Origin: Leucoraja ocellata
Lineage: Eukaryota
Length of the DNA stretch: 64,000 nt
Assembly (NCBI GenBank): GCA_036785375.1
Contig: JAWMAR010001695.1
Span: forward strand, 1-64,000
Direction: 5' to 3'
Numbering within the stretch: position 1 is the first letter of the stretch; each line of letters begins with the position of its first letter. Positions 11,660-23,655 of the stretch are shown piece after piece. The notes under the pieces are model-generated. The model was not told the DNA's origin, made no database searches, and was given only the letters and a program-made list of their open reading frames with translations. Both the position numbers and the translations under genes were made by a program.

Positions 11660-12462
11660 ACCCAGGCACCAGTGCAGGGAGATTGCCGACAAACTTGCCT
11701 GGAACTGGATTGCTTTGTACCGACCTAGTTTCAATCCACGACTTGATTCCATTTCAGTGAGAAGACGGACATGGTGGAAATGTGGATCCTTGCAGCAATT
11801 TACGTGAAGTCTGGAGGCCCCGCCAGGTGTGTGACGGGTTTTGTGCCCTGAGGATCCCGGGCGCTCTTTTAGAAAATAGGTGAGGGGGAACTTCTTCAGT
11901 CAGAGGGTAGTTAATCTGTGGAACTCATTGCCACAGAGGGCTGTGGAGGCCAAGTCAGTGGATATATTTTAAGGCAGAGATAGACTGATTCTTGATTAGA
12001 ATGGGATTAGGACGCGTAGATCAGCCATGATTGAATGGCGGAGTAGACTCGACGGGCCGAATGGCCTGGTTCTACTCCTATAACTTGTGAACGCGAGCCG
12101 TGCTGCGTCCTGTAGATGTGGATGTTGAATGGACCAGCCAGTTGAACATTGCTGCGTTACCTGAAACTTGTCCATTCCCAGTGCAGTGGGTTGACCCTCA
12201 GGCAGACTGGCACATTGCAGGCAGCAACCAAACTAAGGGCTTTGTGGAGATGGAACACGTCTACTGGCCTTCTGCCGCTGGATACTCAAGAGCTAAGTCT
12301 GGTGTAAACGCCTCTCAAACACTTGAACTTCGGAGTATCTGCAGTTTCTTCCCACTCTATGTATTTGTGGTGTTGTTCAGTCTGTACATTCAGATTGTTT
12401 TTTTTTAATTATTTTTTTTTTTAAGATTGTGCATCTTTTAACAAATAAAGTTTATTTTTGAA
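11660..12462 (+). mobile_element. Decayed Tx1/L1-clade LINE 3' end (copy 1)
   Basis: 12210-12330 is homologous to 13660-13783 (shared gcctctcaaacacttgaa); AATAAA at 12444; 5' boundary uncertain. Confidence 0.5.
11870..12090 (+). mobile_element. CR1 3' end
   Basis: FFSQRVVNLWNSLPQRAVEA plus 3' hairpin. Confidence 0.8.
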
Positions 12463-12589
12463 ATGACTGCACTTTTTTGTCCTTCTGGGAAAGCTTTATC
12501 AGGAAAGCACCTTTGATGTGGTGTCCATCAGGCAGTGAGTGGCCAGCATGGAAGGTCCTGCAAGGTCACCAGGAGAAGGACACAGGTTC

Positions 12590-13010
12590 ACAGGTTATGA
12601 GAGTAGATTTAGGCCATGCGGCCCATCGAGTCCACTCCGCCATTCAATCATGGCTGATCTCTGCCTCCTAATCCCGTTTTCCTGCCATCTCCCCAGAACC
12701 CCAGACACCTGGTCTAATCAAGAATATTTTAGAAAGAACTGCAGGTGTTGATAAAATCGAAGGTAGACGCAGATACTGGAGTAACTCAACGGGTGAGGCA
12801 GCATCTATGGAGAGAAGGAGTTGGCGACGTTTCGGGTCTCGACCCGAAACGTCGCCAATTCCTTCTCTCAATAGATGCTGCCTCACCCGCTGAGTTACCC
12901 AGCATTTTGTGTCTACCTAATCAAGAATTTGACTATCTCTGCCTTAAAAATATCCACTGACTTGGCCTCCACAACCCTCTGTGGCAATGAGTTCCACAGA
13001 TTAACTACCC
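12590..13010 (-). mobile_element. CR1 3' end hosting a PLE palindrome
   Basis: Tail hairpin at 12610-12660; RVVNLWNSLPQRVVEA on minus strand at 12960-13010. Confidence 0.75.
12726..12916. mobile_element. Fold-back PLE-terminus insertion
   Basis: Palindrome centred on cgtttcgggtctcgacccgaaacg; 12-bp TSD ctaatcaagaat at 12714-12725 and 12917-12928. Confidence 0.9.
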
Positions 13011-14029
13011 TGGATGGATGGATCCTGTGGGATGCTTCCTCAAGTAGATCTTTAAAACCATTCTGGTTTTAACGATCACTCACCCAGAACACCAAGACCT
13101 TGCTCGGCTGAGACTGACTGAGAGCGGCCCTCCCCATCATTCCTTCCCACCTGCTCAGAGTTTCACGCTGCCCGTGGGACTGCTACAGGGGTAAGGGTGA
13201 GATAATCCACATGGCTTTGCGGGCTGTCCATTTGGAAAAGGATGCAAGGATACTTGTCATAGTTTATAAACGACTGCTTAACAGAGGACCCTGTTTTGGG
13301 GTGACGGGGAGATGGGTTATGGAGTCGGGGTGGGTTATGGGGAGAAGGCAGGAGAATGGGGTTAGGAGGGGGAGATAGATCAGCCATGATTGAATGGCGG
13401 AGTAGTCTTGATGGGCCAAATGGACGAATTCTGTTCCTATCACCATTGACGCGATGACTCTCTGAACTGCAGGCTGGTCCCAGCCACACGTACCGTGACT
13501 AACTTCGGCTGCAGCAGGAAGATCATCAACTCGGTAAGAGACGCACTTTGCCTCTGATGCAAAATGTGTTGAGCTTTGCTCTTTGTTGACCCAGCACAAT
13601 GGGACATTGATATGAGAATGAGAATGCTGCCAACTGACAAGCGTGGAGGGCGTGCTGAGGCACACAGCAATGATCAGTGCAGCCAAGGCAAAGGCTCTGT
13701 GGAGTTGGACTGCAATCTAAGGTCTTTCTCCCACTACACATTAAGGGGATAAACCCTGTGCAGAAGCCTCTCAAACACTTGAAGTTTGCATCTTTTTTTC
13801 CCAAATAAATTTTCTGCAGAGAAAAAATATTCCTAAATCAAAATGTGCAAATCTCTTAAGACACAGTTTGTGTCTAAACATTCAATATTACTCATGTAAT
13901 TCCCGGTAGCGTTAGCACCTGGCTTTTTCTTTACTCCATTGCCACTCAAAGTTTATATCATCTCATGACACCGTCTGAATGGTGAGGGTGTTCTGTACAC
14001 ACAAAGTGCAAATACTTTCAAAGTATAAA

Positions 14030-14298
14030 AGGGGCAGCACAATGGCGCAGCGGTAGAGCAGCTGCCTCAGAGACCCGAGTTCGATCCTTACTCTGGGTGC
14101 TGTCTGTACAAAGTTTGTACGTTCTCCCCGTGACCTGCGTGGGTTTTCCCTAGGTGCTTCCGTTTCCTCCAAAACTCCAAAGACTTTAATTGGCTTTGGT
14201 AAAAAATTGTAAGTTGTCCCTTGTGTGCATAGGATAGTGCTGGTGTAATCGCTAGTTGGCGTGGACTCAGTGTTTCCATGCCGTATCTCCAAAGTCTA
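14030..14298 (+). mobile_element. HE1-like SINE
   Basis: A box tggcgcagcgg, B box gttcgatcc. Confidence 0.85.
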
Positions 14299-14299
14299 C

Positions 14300-14475
14300 A
14301 AAAAGACACAAAATACTGGAGTAACTCAGCAGGTCTGGAGGACGTGGATAAGTAACGTTTCGGGTACTGAAACTTCACTGAACCAATGCCGTCCAGAGAT
14401 GCCGCCTGACCCGCTGAGTTACTCCAGCATTTTGTGTCTTTTCTTTTGTAAACCGAATCTGCAGTTCCTTGTTCC
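14300..14475. mobile_element. Fold-back PLE-terminus insertion
   Basis: Inverted arms agacacaaaatactggagtaactcagc / gctgagttactccagcattttgtgtct. Confidence 0.75.
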
Positions 14476-15699
14476 TCTATCAAAGTAAAACACTGTTAAT
14501 GTACTGTCGGAATGACGCTATTGAATACGGTATATTGAAAGCCATGGACAGTCGGAATGACAAGATGAATGTATTGAAAGCCATATACTTTTTTTCGTAC
14601 ATAGTCAAAGGGATTTTGCGTACATATTTTTTTGAATGAAGTTTATTTTGGAAAGAAAGAAAAGTCAGGCGAGGGAAAATGGGACAGACTGAGAATAAGC
14701 AACGAGGTTGGGAAAGGAATTGCAACCGGCAGAAGAGTTGTTTTATTCATTGCGCAGACCAATGAGATCAAGCTCGCAGAAACATACAGAAGGAGTGGCA
14801 TTGGGTAGAATGGGTTTGTGCAATGCGATCTGGAGAACAATAGACCGAGGGCAGGCCAAGTGTTTGTGGTGATACACCAGTGCTGTAAACTGCTAAGTGT
14901 TTGGTTATTTAAATAGTGCTTTGATTTTTTGTTTTACGGCTTACTATTTATCATGAATATATTATTCTTTTGATGTGTTATCAAAGTTTCATGGGGACAC
15001 ATAAAATCCATTAACTCTTCTCTGAGCCACTGATTAGGCACAAAACAATACCCAGCCGGCTGGGGAAGAATGCAAGTCGATAAATTCACGTGCAGATGAG
15101 AGCCATTGATAGAGGTCCCTCCCTGTAGAGGATTCTGCCTCCGGGGGAAAGCAGGCCGGTTTCTCTGCTAACGGAACAGGTTTCTGAGTCGAATGAACAG
15201 TGCTCGCCTTGTCCGCTCACTCGCTGCAACCGGCCCCCATTGAAATGAGCAAACGTTGGGGGGGGGGGGCTGGATTAATGCTGGAATCTGTGCAGTCAGA
15301 GTAAATTCTGTACATTTTTGCTCTCAATCTGCCCCGGCTTTGAGGAAACTCAATGCTTGTGGGATTTGCAAACTGGAACGAATTGGGAATTAGTGCTGTG
15401 TGTAAATATTTTCCCTCATTTTGTGACTGGGGTCACTCTCTGAGGCTGGTCTATGAACTGAACAATGACTGGTGCGTTGGCAGACAATGCAGCTATTTTA
15501 CATGAATCAGTGTCCCCAATCACAGCAATAAACCAAACACCAAGTGTCACGTGTGCCAGGGTTCTACCTGTACCTGATAGTGCAAAGGATGGGCCTGGCT
15601 TCATTACTGCACATTGTCCATTGTGTCATAGAGTCATACAGTGTGGAAATAGGCCCTTCGGCCCAACTTGCCCACACCGACCAACATATCCCCCGAATT

Positions 15700-15787
15700 G
15701 GGACCGGCCCCGCGCGACCGTACGCCTCAAGCGACCACGTTTGGTCGCGCTAGACGCATGCAATTGCATGCTGGTGGGACAGGCCCT
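15700..15787. mobile_element. One end of a TGTCCCAC-TIR MITE
   Basis: Ends gtgggacaggccct followed by tta; CpG-rich interior. Confidence 0.5.
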
Positions 15788-16719
15788 TTACCCTGATGAA
15801 ATGTTTGAGGAGGAAAACCTGTTGCAACATTTACCTAATGTAAATATCCTGATGGAATACAATCTGTCTGAAGAAGGGTCTCGACACAAAATGTCGCCTA
15901 ATTCCTTCGCTCCGTTGATGCTGCCTCACCCGCTGTTCCTCCAGCACTTTTGTCTACCTTCGATTGTCCAGCATCTGCAGTTCCTTCTTAAACTGAGGCA
16001 GTACCCTTCGGCCCATTGATTCCATGCTGACTATCAACTATCCATTTACACTCGTCTTAAGTGAATCTTATTTTTCTTTTGCAATTGCCTTCACTTTCTC
16101 ATGAACTTCCACCCTGATTCTATCCCTTCATCTGCAGCCAGGGGCAATTTAAAATGGCCAATTAATAATCTACCAACCTGCATGTCTTTGGGATGTGGGA
16201 TAAAACTGGAGCCCCTGTAGGATGCTCAGGTGGCCATCGGGAGAACATTCAACACTTGAGGTCAGGATTGAACCTGGGTCTTGTGTATACTTGCTGGGGA
16301 TTTTGGCTCCGGCAGCTGCAATGTGAGGTGTGGCGACTGCTAGGCCACCTTTGCTTTGGTCCAGAAAGAGCACGTGTAAATCAGAGGTGTGGGCTTGAAG
16401 GTGACGTGCAAGCTGAAAGCCTTGGAAATACCCCCCCCCCCCCACCATGTAAAACGCCATTCACCGATTCAGGACTTAGATGGACTTGCCTTGTCTGCAC
16501 ATCTGGACGCCCGCAGGAGGGACGGCTGCGGAGGGTTGTGGGAAAATGGAGGAGGACTGACCAAATGTTGTGCCTTCCACCTCAGTGATGAATGCTGTGG
16601 TGGATGTTTGTGTTAAATTTTTATTGTGTATTGTGTGTCCTTTTTTATTGTACCGCTGCTGGCAAATTAATTTCACGTGACGAATAAAACTGACTTGACT
16701 TGACATATGCATGAAAGTG

Positions 16720-16953
16720 GTGTAGGAAGCAACTGCAGATGCTGGTTCAATCCAAAGATAGGCACGAAATGCTGGAGTAACTCAGCGGGACAGGCAGTAT
16801 CCCTGGGGAGAAGGAATGGGTGACCTTTCGGGGGGTCCAGACCCTTCTTCAGACACAGAATCTGAAGAAGGGTCTTGGCCTGAAATATCACCCATTCCTT
16901 CTATCTAGAGATACTGCCTGTCCTGTTGAGTTACTCCAGCATTTTGTGTCTAT
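16720..16953. mobile_element. Fold-back PLE-terminus insertion
   Basis: Inverted arms meeting at cttcttcagac...tctgaagaag. Confidence 0.85.
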
Positions 16954-17704
16954 GTGTTGCTGGCCGAGGGGAGGGTGAGGGTCCCCCGTCTGGTCGCCCC
17001 TCGTTCACAGCGGACCCCCCCCCCCCCCCAGTTGATGATAAGATTGCAGGTTAAAATATTGTGACAGGATTTCCAGACCCCCGGTTCTCCCAGACTGTTT
17101 ACAGGCAATTACGCCACATTGTGGAAAAGCCGAGGCCAGTGTATCGGTCTCCACAACCCCACTAGTCAGCGCCCCCAGCTATGACCTTTGGTTACCCACT
17201 GTTAATCCTCCAAGCTCTCCCAATTCACTAGTTGAAACTAAAACACTCTGCTTCCTTCCCTTAAGCTAATTCCTCATTCATCCCCCTCAATCTCTGTCTT
17301 TTGAAACTGTCAAAAGCTTCTGCAAGTGTCGGGTTTATTCAAACACAGAATGAAACACCTGCCTGGGGTTGGCAACATCCCAGCCCCCAGCTACACCATT
17401 AGCGATGCTCCCCCCCCTCCTCCCCTACCACCCCCCCCCACCTCATGTGCCTTTGGAAGCCACACACAGGTATGTAGCTGACACCATCAAGTCACCCGGT
17501 CCGAAGATCGCAGAGGGAAACCCACACAGTCACGGGGAGAACGTACAAACTCTGGACAGACGGCACCCGTAGCCAGGATCGAACCCAGGTCTCTTGTGCT
17601 GTAAGCACCGTAAGGCAGCAACTCTACCGCTGCGCAACCGTGCCACACACTGGCGTATTAATGTAACGTGTACTGAGATACAGTGAAAATCTTTCATTTG
17701 TGTG

Positions 17705-18003
17705 CTATCCAGTCAAATCCCAGTCAATTGCTGCCTTACAGCGCCAGAGACCCGAGTTCGATCCTGACCACGGGTGCTGTCTGTACGGAGTTTCTACGTG
17801 CTACCTGTGACCGCGTGGGTTTTCTCCGGGTGCTCCTGCTTCCCCCCCCACATCCCAAAGGCGTGTGGTTTTGTAGGTTAATTGGTTCGTGTAAAATTTT
17901 CCCAAGTGTGTAGGATAGCATTAGTGTACAGGGTGATCGCTGGTCAGCGCGGCCTCGGTGGGCCGAAGGGCCTGCTTCCGCCCTGTATCTCCAAAGTCTA
18001 AAG
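17705..18003 (+). mobile_element. HE1-like SINE (a second partial copy on minus at ~17500-17645)
   Basis: B box gttcgatcc, V-core, (ctaaag) tail. Confidence 0.8.
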
Positions 18004-18439
18004 CCCTGCCCTTCTTGCCCCTTGAGGTGGCAGAGACCAGGGCTTTAGAATGGTGTTGTCAAAGACGCAGGGTAAAATACAATATTTTCCGACAGTTGTC
18101 CCTTTGGCAAAACTCTCTTCATCTTATTCTGAAGAAGGTATTTCATGCACAAGCATAAAATGTGCACTGTCACATTGTTCTCAAATAGACCAGATAACAT
18201 ACACACAAGCACCCTTAAGGCTGGTATCTACAGAATGTGGCAGGGTGAAGGAGAAATGTCGGCTGGCTCGGCAGCGGGTAACTTGTACAAGCAGAAGGAT
18301 GGCTGGTTTCACAGAGGACCGATTATAATTCCTTGTGTTGGAAATGACAAGAGCTAGTCCAAAACCTTTTGAACATGCACTTAGTGTCAAACCCACTCGA
18401 GCAAGCTTACCATGTTATTTGCTCCACTGGCATCAAAGA

Positions 18440-18915
18440 GCATAGATCAGTACAGTACTACAGTACAGGAACTGGCCCTTCGGCCCACAACTGCTACGCC
18501 AAACATGACGCCGAGTTAAACTGTGTAAGGAAGAACTGCTGGCAGATGCTGGTAAAATCGAAGGAAGACACAAAATGCTGGAGTAACTCAGCGGGTGAGG
18601 CAGCATCTCTTGAGAGGAGGAATGAGGGACGTTTTGGGTCGAGACCTTTCTTCAGAGTTAAACTAATCTCCGCCCGCTGCACATGTTTCAGATCCCTCTA
18701 ATCCCTGCACATCCATTTGCCTGTATAAAAGCCTCTTAAATGCCACTAGCGTATCTGCCGCTACCACCACCCCTGGCAGCACGTTCCAGGCACTCACTGC
18801 TCTCTCTGCAAAGATCTTGCCCCGCACATGATCACCTCTTTTAAACACTGCCCCTCTCGTCTTAAAACTGTGCCCTCCAATATTTGACATTTCCATCATG
18901 AGGAAAAAGATCCAA
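18440..18915 (-). mobile_element. CR1 3' end with a PLE arm inserted at 18523-18654
   Basis: ORF 18663-18932 GGHSFK...AWNVLPGVVVAADTL; PLE arm flanked by 10-bp TSD gagttaaact. Confidence 0.8.
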
Positions 18916-18923
18916 ATTGGCCA

Positions 18924-19161
18924 CAGACACAAAAATGCCGGAGTAACTCAACGGGTCAGGCAGCATCACTGGAGAAAAAGAATAGGTGACATTTTGGGTC
19001 GGAATTCTTCTTCACACTCAACCAAGTCTGCAGAAGGGTTGCGTACCAAAACTTCACCTGTTTTTTTTTTACTCCAGAGATGCTGCCTGACCCGTTGAGT
19101 TACTCCAGCATTTTGTGTCTATCTTCGGTGTAAACCAGCATCTGCAGTTCCTTCCTACACA
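18924..19161. mobile_element. Fold-back PLE-terminus insertion
   Basis: Inverted arms with decayed centre. Confidence 0.8.
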
Positions 19162-19541
19162 TTCAGATTGTCTACCCTATCCATGTCTCCCATTGTATTA
19201 TTTACTTGCATCAGGCCTCCCCTCAACCTCCAACACATCCATCAGCTTTGAATTGTGCGTAAGCCCAGTACGCCTTCGTGTTTCAACCTCCCCCCCCACC
19301 CCCCCCCCCCCCCCCCCCCCCCCGCCGCTGACAACAGGCCGTGACCATTAATGAGCAGTGGTCTTCTTCAAAAAGTCAACATCTATTTCATTTACGATGT
19401 GGTATAACTGAGTCGAAGTTGAACCTGGGCCACATGTTCTGAGGAAGAGCGTAGTGGAGGCTTCATGTTTTACTCCTCGTTGGAAATGTTGCTCCATTGA
19501 CATCAGTGGAACTGAACCGTGGAAAGAGAGAATAACACACA

Positions 19542-19757
19542 CATAGAAACATAGAAAATAGGTGCAGGAATAGGCCATTCGGCCCTTCAAACCAGCACCA
19601 CCATTCAATATGATCATGGCTGATCCAATATCAGTACCCCATTCCTGCTTACTCCCCATATCCCTTGATTCCATCAGCCCTAAGAGCTAAATGTAACTCC
19701 CTCTTGAATACATCCAGTGAATTGGCCTCCACTGCCTTCTGTGGCAGAGAATTCACG
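19542..19757 (-). mobile_element. CR1 3' end
   Basis: (catagaaa)n tail, hairpin, NSLPQKAVEA on minus strand. Confidence 0.85.
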
Positions 19758-20824
19758 CAGGCCTCTTTACAGACTTTTGGTTTGAAAACTCAGACCACAG
19801 TCCCAACCACTGTCACCTATTGTCAGGAGCAGAAAATAGCACAAGGGCATTGTAAAATCTCTTTTGTGTTATTGAAAAAGTCATTCGGGGTTCCGTCCTG
19901 TTAACTTATCATCCTTTCGTGTAAGCTGTCAAAGGCTCCATTTTGCAGTTTTCTGCCCTATATCCTGTTCCCACGGAACGGATGCTAATGTAATTTAAGA
20001 CCGGACTCTCCCCTCAACCAATTAGTGGTTATGATTTTTCTTTGCGAAGGAGTATACCTTTTAGCAGGCAAAATCCTTTTATAAAACTGAACCTGCAACG
20101 GCTCTGCAAGGTAGCTGCTCGTTGTTCCAACATGCTGACTGAAGGTTGGCGGCAAATTGGCAGGTACGTTGCCTCGAGCACTTTCTTGGGCACCTTCAAG
20201 CTGCCAGCTCGAGAGCATTGATGCGGAAGCTCGGGAAAAGGTCATTGACCTTTCAAGTCACATGGGTCTAGCTTGCAGCATGAGGCATTGAAAGACAAGG
20301 AAGGAAACGTCTAAAACCAGGGAGAAGATGAGAAGCAAGGAGTTTTGAAGTGAAAACAGAAACTGCTCAAAGCACGTAAAAACAGAAAAACGTGGATCAA
20401 AGGAGGCCATTCGGCCCTTCTTCACCCTTCATTATGCTCATATCCATTGTGGTTATGGGGTTGAGTGGGAAAGATTGATCAGCCATGTCTGAATGGCAGG
20501 TATAGACTCGATGGGCCGAATGGCCTAATTCTGCTCCTATGACTAATCAACTGCTTCAGTATCTTGCCTTCTCCCCATATCTCTGACCCTTTCAACATTA
20601 CATATAGGTAGATACATCTCTATCCCATGTTGACCACATGTAACGGACTGCCCCCACTGCCTTGTGTGATAGATAATTCCACAGGTTCACCATCCTCTGT
20701 GTGAAGAAATGTCTCTCAGTTGCAAATGGCATTCCCCCAGACACTGAGGCCGTGACCTCTGATTATGAACCCTCAGATCATTAGGGTCATCCTCCCCGCA
20801 TCTGTTAGTCTTGTTCGTCTTTTG

Positions 20825-21115
20825 AGAGTTACAGCATGTAAACAGGCCCTTCAGCCCACTGAGTCCATGCCAACCACCACCAATCACCAGTTCATGTGAA
20901 TTCTATGTCATCCCATTTTCTCCTATATACTTGAGGCACATTGTAAAAGGCCAATTAACCCACAAACAAATGTGGGAGAAAACCGGACCACTCGGAAGAA
21001 ACCCGCGCGGTCACAGGGAGAACGGGCAAACTCCACACAGACAGCACCTGAGGTCAGGATCGAACCCTGGACTCTGGGGTTGTGAGGCAGCAGCTCTGCC
21101 CGCCGTGCCACTGTG
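20825..21115 (-). mobile_element. HE1-like SINE
   Basis: B box, V-core and tail. Confidence 0.75.
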
Positions 21116-21261
21116 GTGCTCTTTTATAGAACTCTATGAGGATGTAGGCAGTGGTGTGGTAATGTTGTGATTATAATCCAGAACATAGGACCGACATTCT
21201 GGGGACACATTCAGATCCCACCACCACAACAGCACAATGGAACGGACACTTAATTAAATCA

Positions 21262-21491
21262 TGGCAGACACAAAATGTTGGAGTAACTCAGCGGGTCAGG
21301 CAGCATCCCTGGAAAATAGGAATAGGTGACCTTTTTAGGTCGAGATCCTTCCTCAGACGGGCTGAAGAAGGGTCCCGACACAAAACGTCACCTCTTCCTA
21401 TTCTCCAGAGAAACAGCCTGTCCCGCTGAGTTACACCAGCATTTTGTGTCCAGCTTCAATATAAACCAGCATCTGCCGTTCCTTCCTACAT
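21262..21491. mobile_element. Fold-back PLE-terminus insertion within an older tRNA-SINE
   Basis: 14-bp TSD acttaattaaatca at 21248-21261 and 21492-21505. Confidence 0.85.
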
Positions 21492-21601
21492 ACTTAATTA
21501 AATCAATCTGGACTTAATGATCTAGAAGGGACGGTGGTGGTGAAACTAGTTGAGTGCCTTACAAATCCTGGGGTTCATCAATGTCCTTATCTAATTATAC
21601 T

Positions 21602-21914
21602 GTTTAAGAAGGAACTGCAGATGCTGGAAAATCGAAGGTACACAAAAATGCTGGAGAAACTCAGCGGGTGCAGCAGCATCTATGGGGCGAAGGAAATAGG
21701 CAACGTTTCGGGCCGAAACCCTTCTTCAGTCTGAAGAAGGGGGGGGGGTGGGGGGAAGAAAGGATAAAGGAGGGGGAGGAGCCCGAGGGCTGAGGGATGG
21801 AGGAGACAGCCCGAGGGCTGAGGAAGAGGAGGAGACAGCGAGGGCTAACAAAATTGGGAGAATTCAATGTTCATGCCCGCAGGATGCAGACTCCCCAAGC
21901 GGAATATGGGGTGC
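21602..21914 (-). mobile_element. PLE 3' fragment (subfamily B): ORF end, UTR and hammerhead
   Basis: Minus strand ...IFRLGSLHPAGMNIEFSQFC*; 9-bp TSD aattatact at 21593-21601 and 21915-21923. Confidence 0.85.
21702..21729 (-). ncRNA. Minimal hammerhead ribozyme core (intact copy; another at 33331-33358)
   Basis: CUGAAGA-A-GGGU(UUCG)GCCC-GAAAC-GUU; matches the minimal type I hammerheads known from PLE terminal repeats; stem I is very short. Confidence 0.65.
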
Positions 21915-22569
21915 AATTATACTCGTGATTCCAGCCCAGGTCAATGATTGAACAAGTCGCTCAATGCAAGGACATCAGGGATTGGTATCAAATCCAGGCC
22001 ATGCCTACATTCTGTGAAAAAAATAAAAAATAAATTAGCTTTCAACAGAAGTGATGAGAAGATGTTTAGTGAGTCAGAGAAAGATCAGCATTGCCCCAAG
22101 ACGATCGATTCGATGTGCCATTAGGCTATTTTTAGTTCTAATTTATTGGGTGTTCAGACTAATCTGGATGGTGTAACATGTTGTATTTGAGCCATATATT
22201 GATTCAAGTTCAAGAGTTGGAACACAATGTCCTATGAATTAATCCCTCTGAATAACAAAGCTGTAAGAAGGTTGGATCTGGAATGTGCCAAGTTGACTTT
22301 GTTGCAAGTGTGATATATGAACCAGCATGTGAAATAGATTGAATTGTATCAAGATCCAGTGGTTTTTCCGTTTCAGGTGATACTGTTGGCATAAAGTTAC
22401 AAGGCCAAATGATTCCCAGTTGGATTAGGTCTGAAGATATTTGATGGCCCCTGAACAATTACAGAGTTAACAATGGTATTTAGCATCTTGGGTTTGAAAA
22501 GTGCCTCTTTTTCTCAGCTATGAATTTAACTCTCAGCGGTCCTTTCCTTTGGCGGTTTCTCTCTTGAAG

Positions 22570-23655
22570 AAAGCATCACGGACTGGTTTGGGAACAACTC
22601 TGCCAAGCTCTGCAAGAAATCGCAGAGAGTTGCGGACATAACCCCGTCCATCACACAGACCAGACTCCCCACCAGTGACTTCATCTGTACTTCACGCTGC
22701 CTCGGGAAAGCAGCCAACATAACGAAAGCCCTTTCCCACCCTTCCTTTCCTCAGTACTCCACATCGAGCAGAAGACACTTGAGAGCTTGCGCCACCAGAC
22801 TCAGAAACAGCTTCTTCTGAAGATAGCCACAAAAAGCCGGAGTAACACAGCGGGTTAGGCAGCATCTCTGGAGGAAAGGAATAGGTGATGTTTCGGGTCG
22901 AGACCCTTCTTCACACTGAGAGTCAGGGGAAAGGGAAATGAGAGATGTAGACGGTGATAGAGAGATATAGAACAAATGAATGAAACGCATGCAAAAAAGT
23001 AACAACGATAAAGGAAACAGGCCATTGTTAGCTATGGGCTAGGTGAAAACGAGTTGCAGACAATGAAACTCACCAGGATGACATTGAAACTAGTACATCA
23101 ACTAGACAGAGAGAGATGGGATGCAAGAATTACTTGGTTAGAGAAATCAATATCATACCGCTGGGTTGTAAGCTGCCCAAGTGAAATATGAGATGCTGCT
23201 CCTCCAATTTGCATTTGGCCTCACTCTGACAATGGAGGAGGCCTAGGACAGAAAGGTCGGTGTGGGAATGGGAAGAGGAACTAAAGTGTTTGGCAAACGG
23301 GAGATCTGGTAGGCCCAGGCAGACTAAGCAAAGGTGTTCAGCAAAACGTTCACCCAGTCTACCATTGGTCTCGCCGATGTAGAAGAGTCCACACCTTGAA
23401 CAATGGATACAGTGGATGAGGTTGGAGGAGGAGGAGCTTCTTCCCCTCTGCTATCAGGCTTCTGAACAGTCCTTCCATAGACTAGCATAAAGTAAATTCC
23501 TCTTTGCCTCATTGCAAACATTGGACGTTGTCTCTGGAACTGTTGCGCTATAATGCTGAGAAATATATTCTACACTCTATAGCTTTCCCTTCACTCTACC
23601 TATTGGACTTGAGTTTGACTTGATTGTGTTTATGTACAATATTATCTGATTTGGT
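22570..23655 (+). mobile_element. Rex1/Babar 3' fragment interrupted by a PLE
   Basis: WFGNNSAKLCKKSQRV...SITQTRLP...TTRLRNSFF | FFPSAIRLLN, followed by 3' UTR. Confidence 0.75.
22818..23434 (-). mobile_element. Penelope-like element 3' fragment: GIY-YIG endonuclease, 3' UTR and hammerhead terminus
   Basis: SNLIHCIHCSRCGLFYIGETNGRLGERFAEH...LSVLGLLHCQSEA; 9-bp TSD agcttcttc at 22809-22817 and 23435-23443. Confidence 0.9.

Larger units (their letters stand above)
12478..13830 (+). mobile_element. Decayed Tx1/L1-clade LINE ORF2 C-terminus and 3' UTR (copy 2), split by younger insertions
   Basis: Colinear peptide remnants LSFWESFIRK..., MDPVGCF...HQDLARL, TNFGCSRKIINSVRDAL, VLRHTAMISAAKAKALWSWTAI*, resembling remembered Tx1 ORF2 C-terminal motifs; AATAAA at 13804. 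Confidence 0.65.

Noticed and set aside
14506-14584. Imperfect ~39-bp tandem duplication (gtcggaatgac...tattgaaagccat)
   Set aside because: Only two diverged units; an ordinary local duplication.
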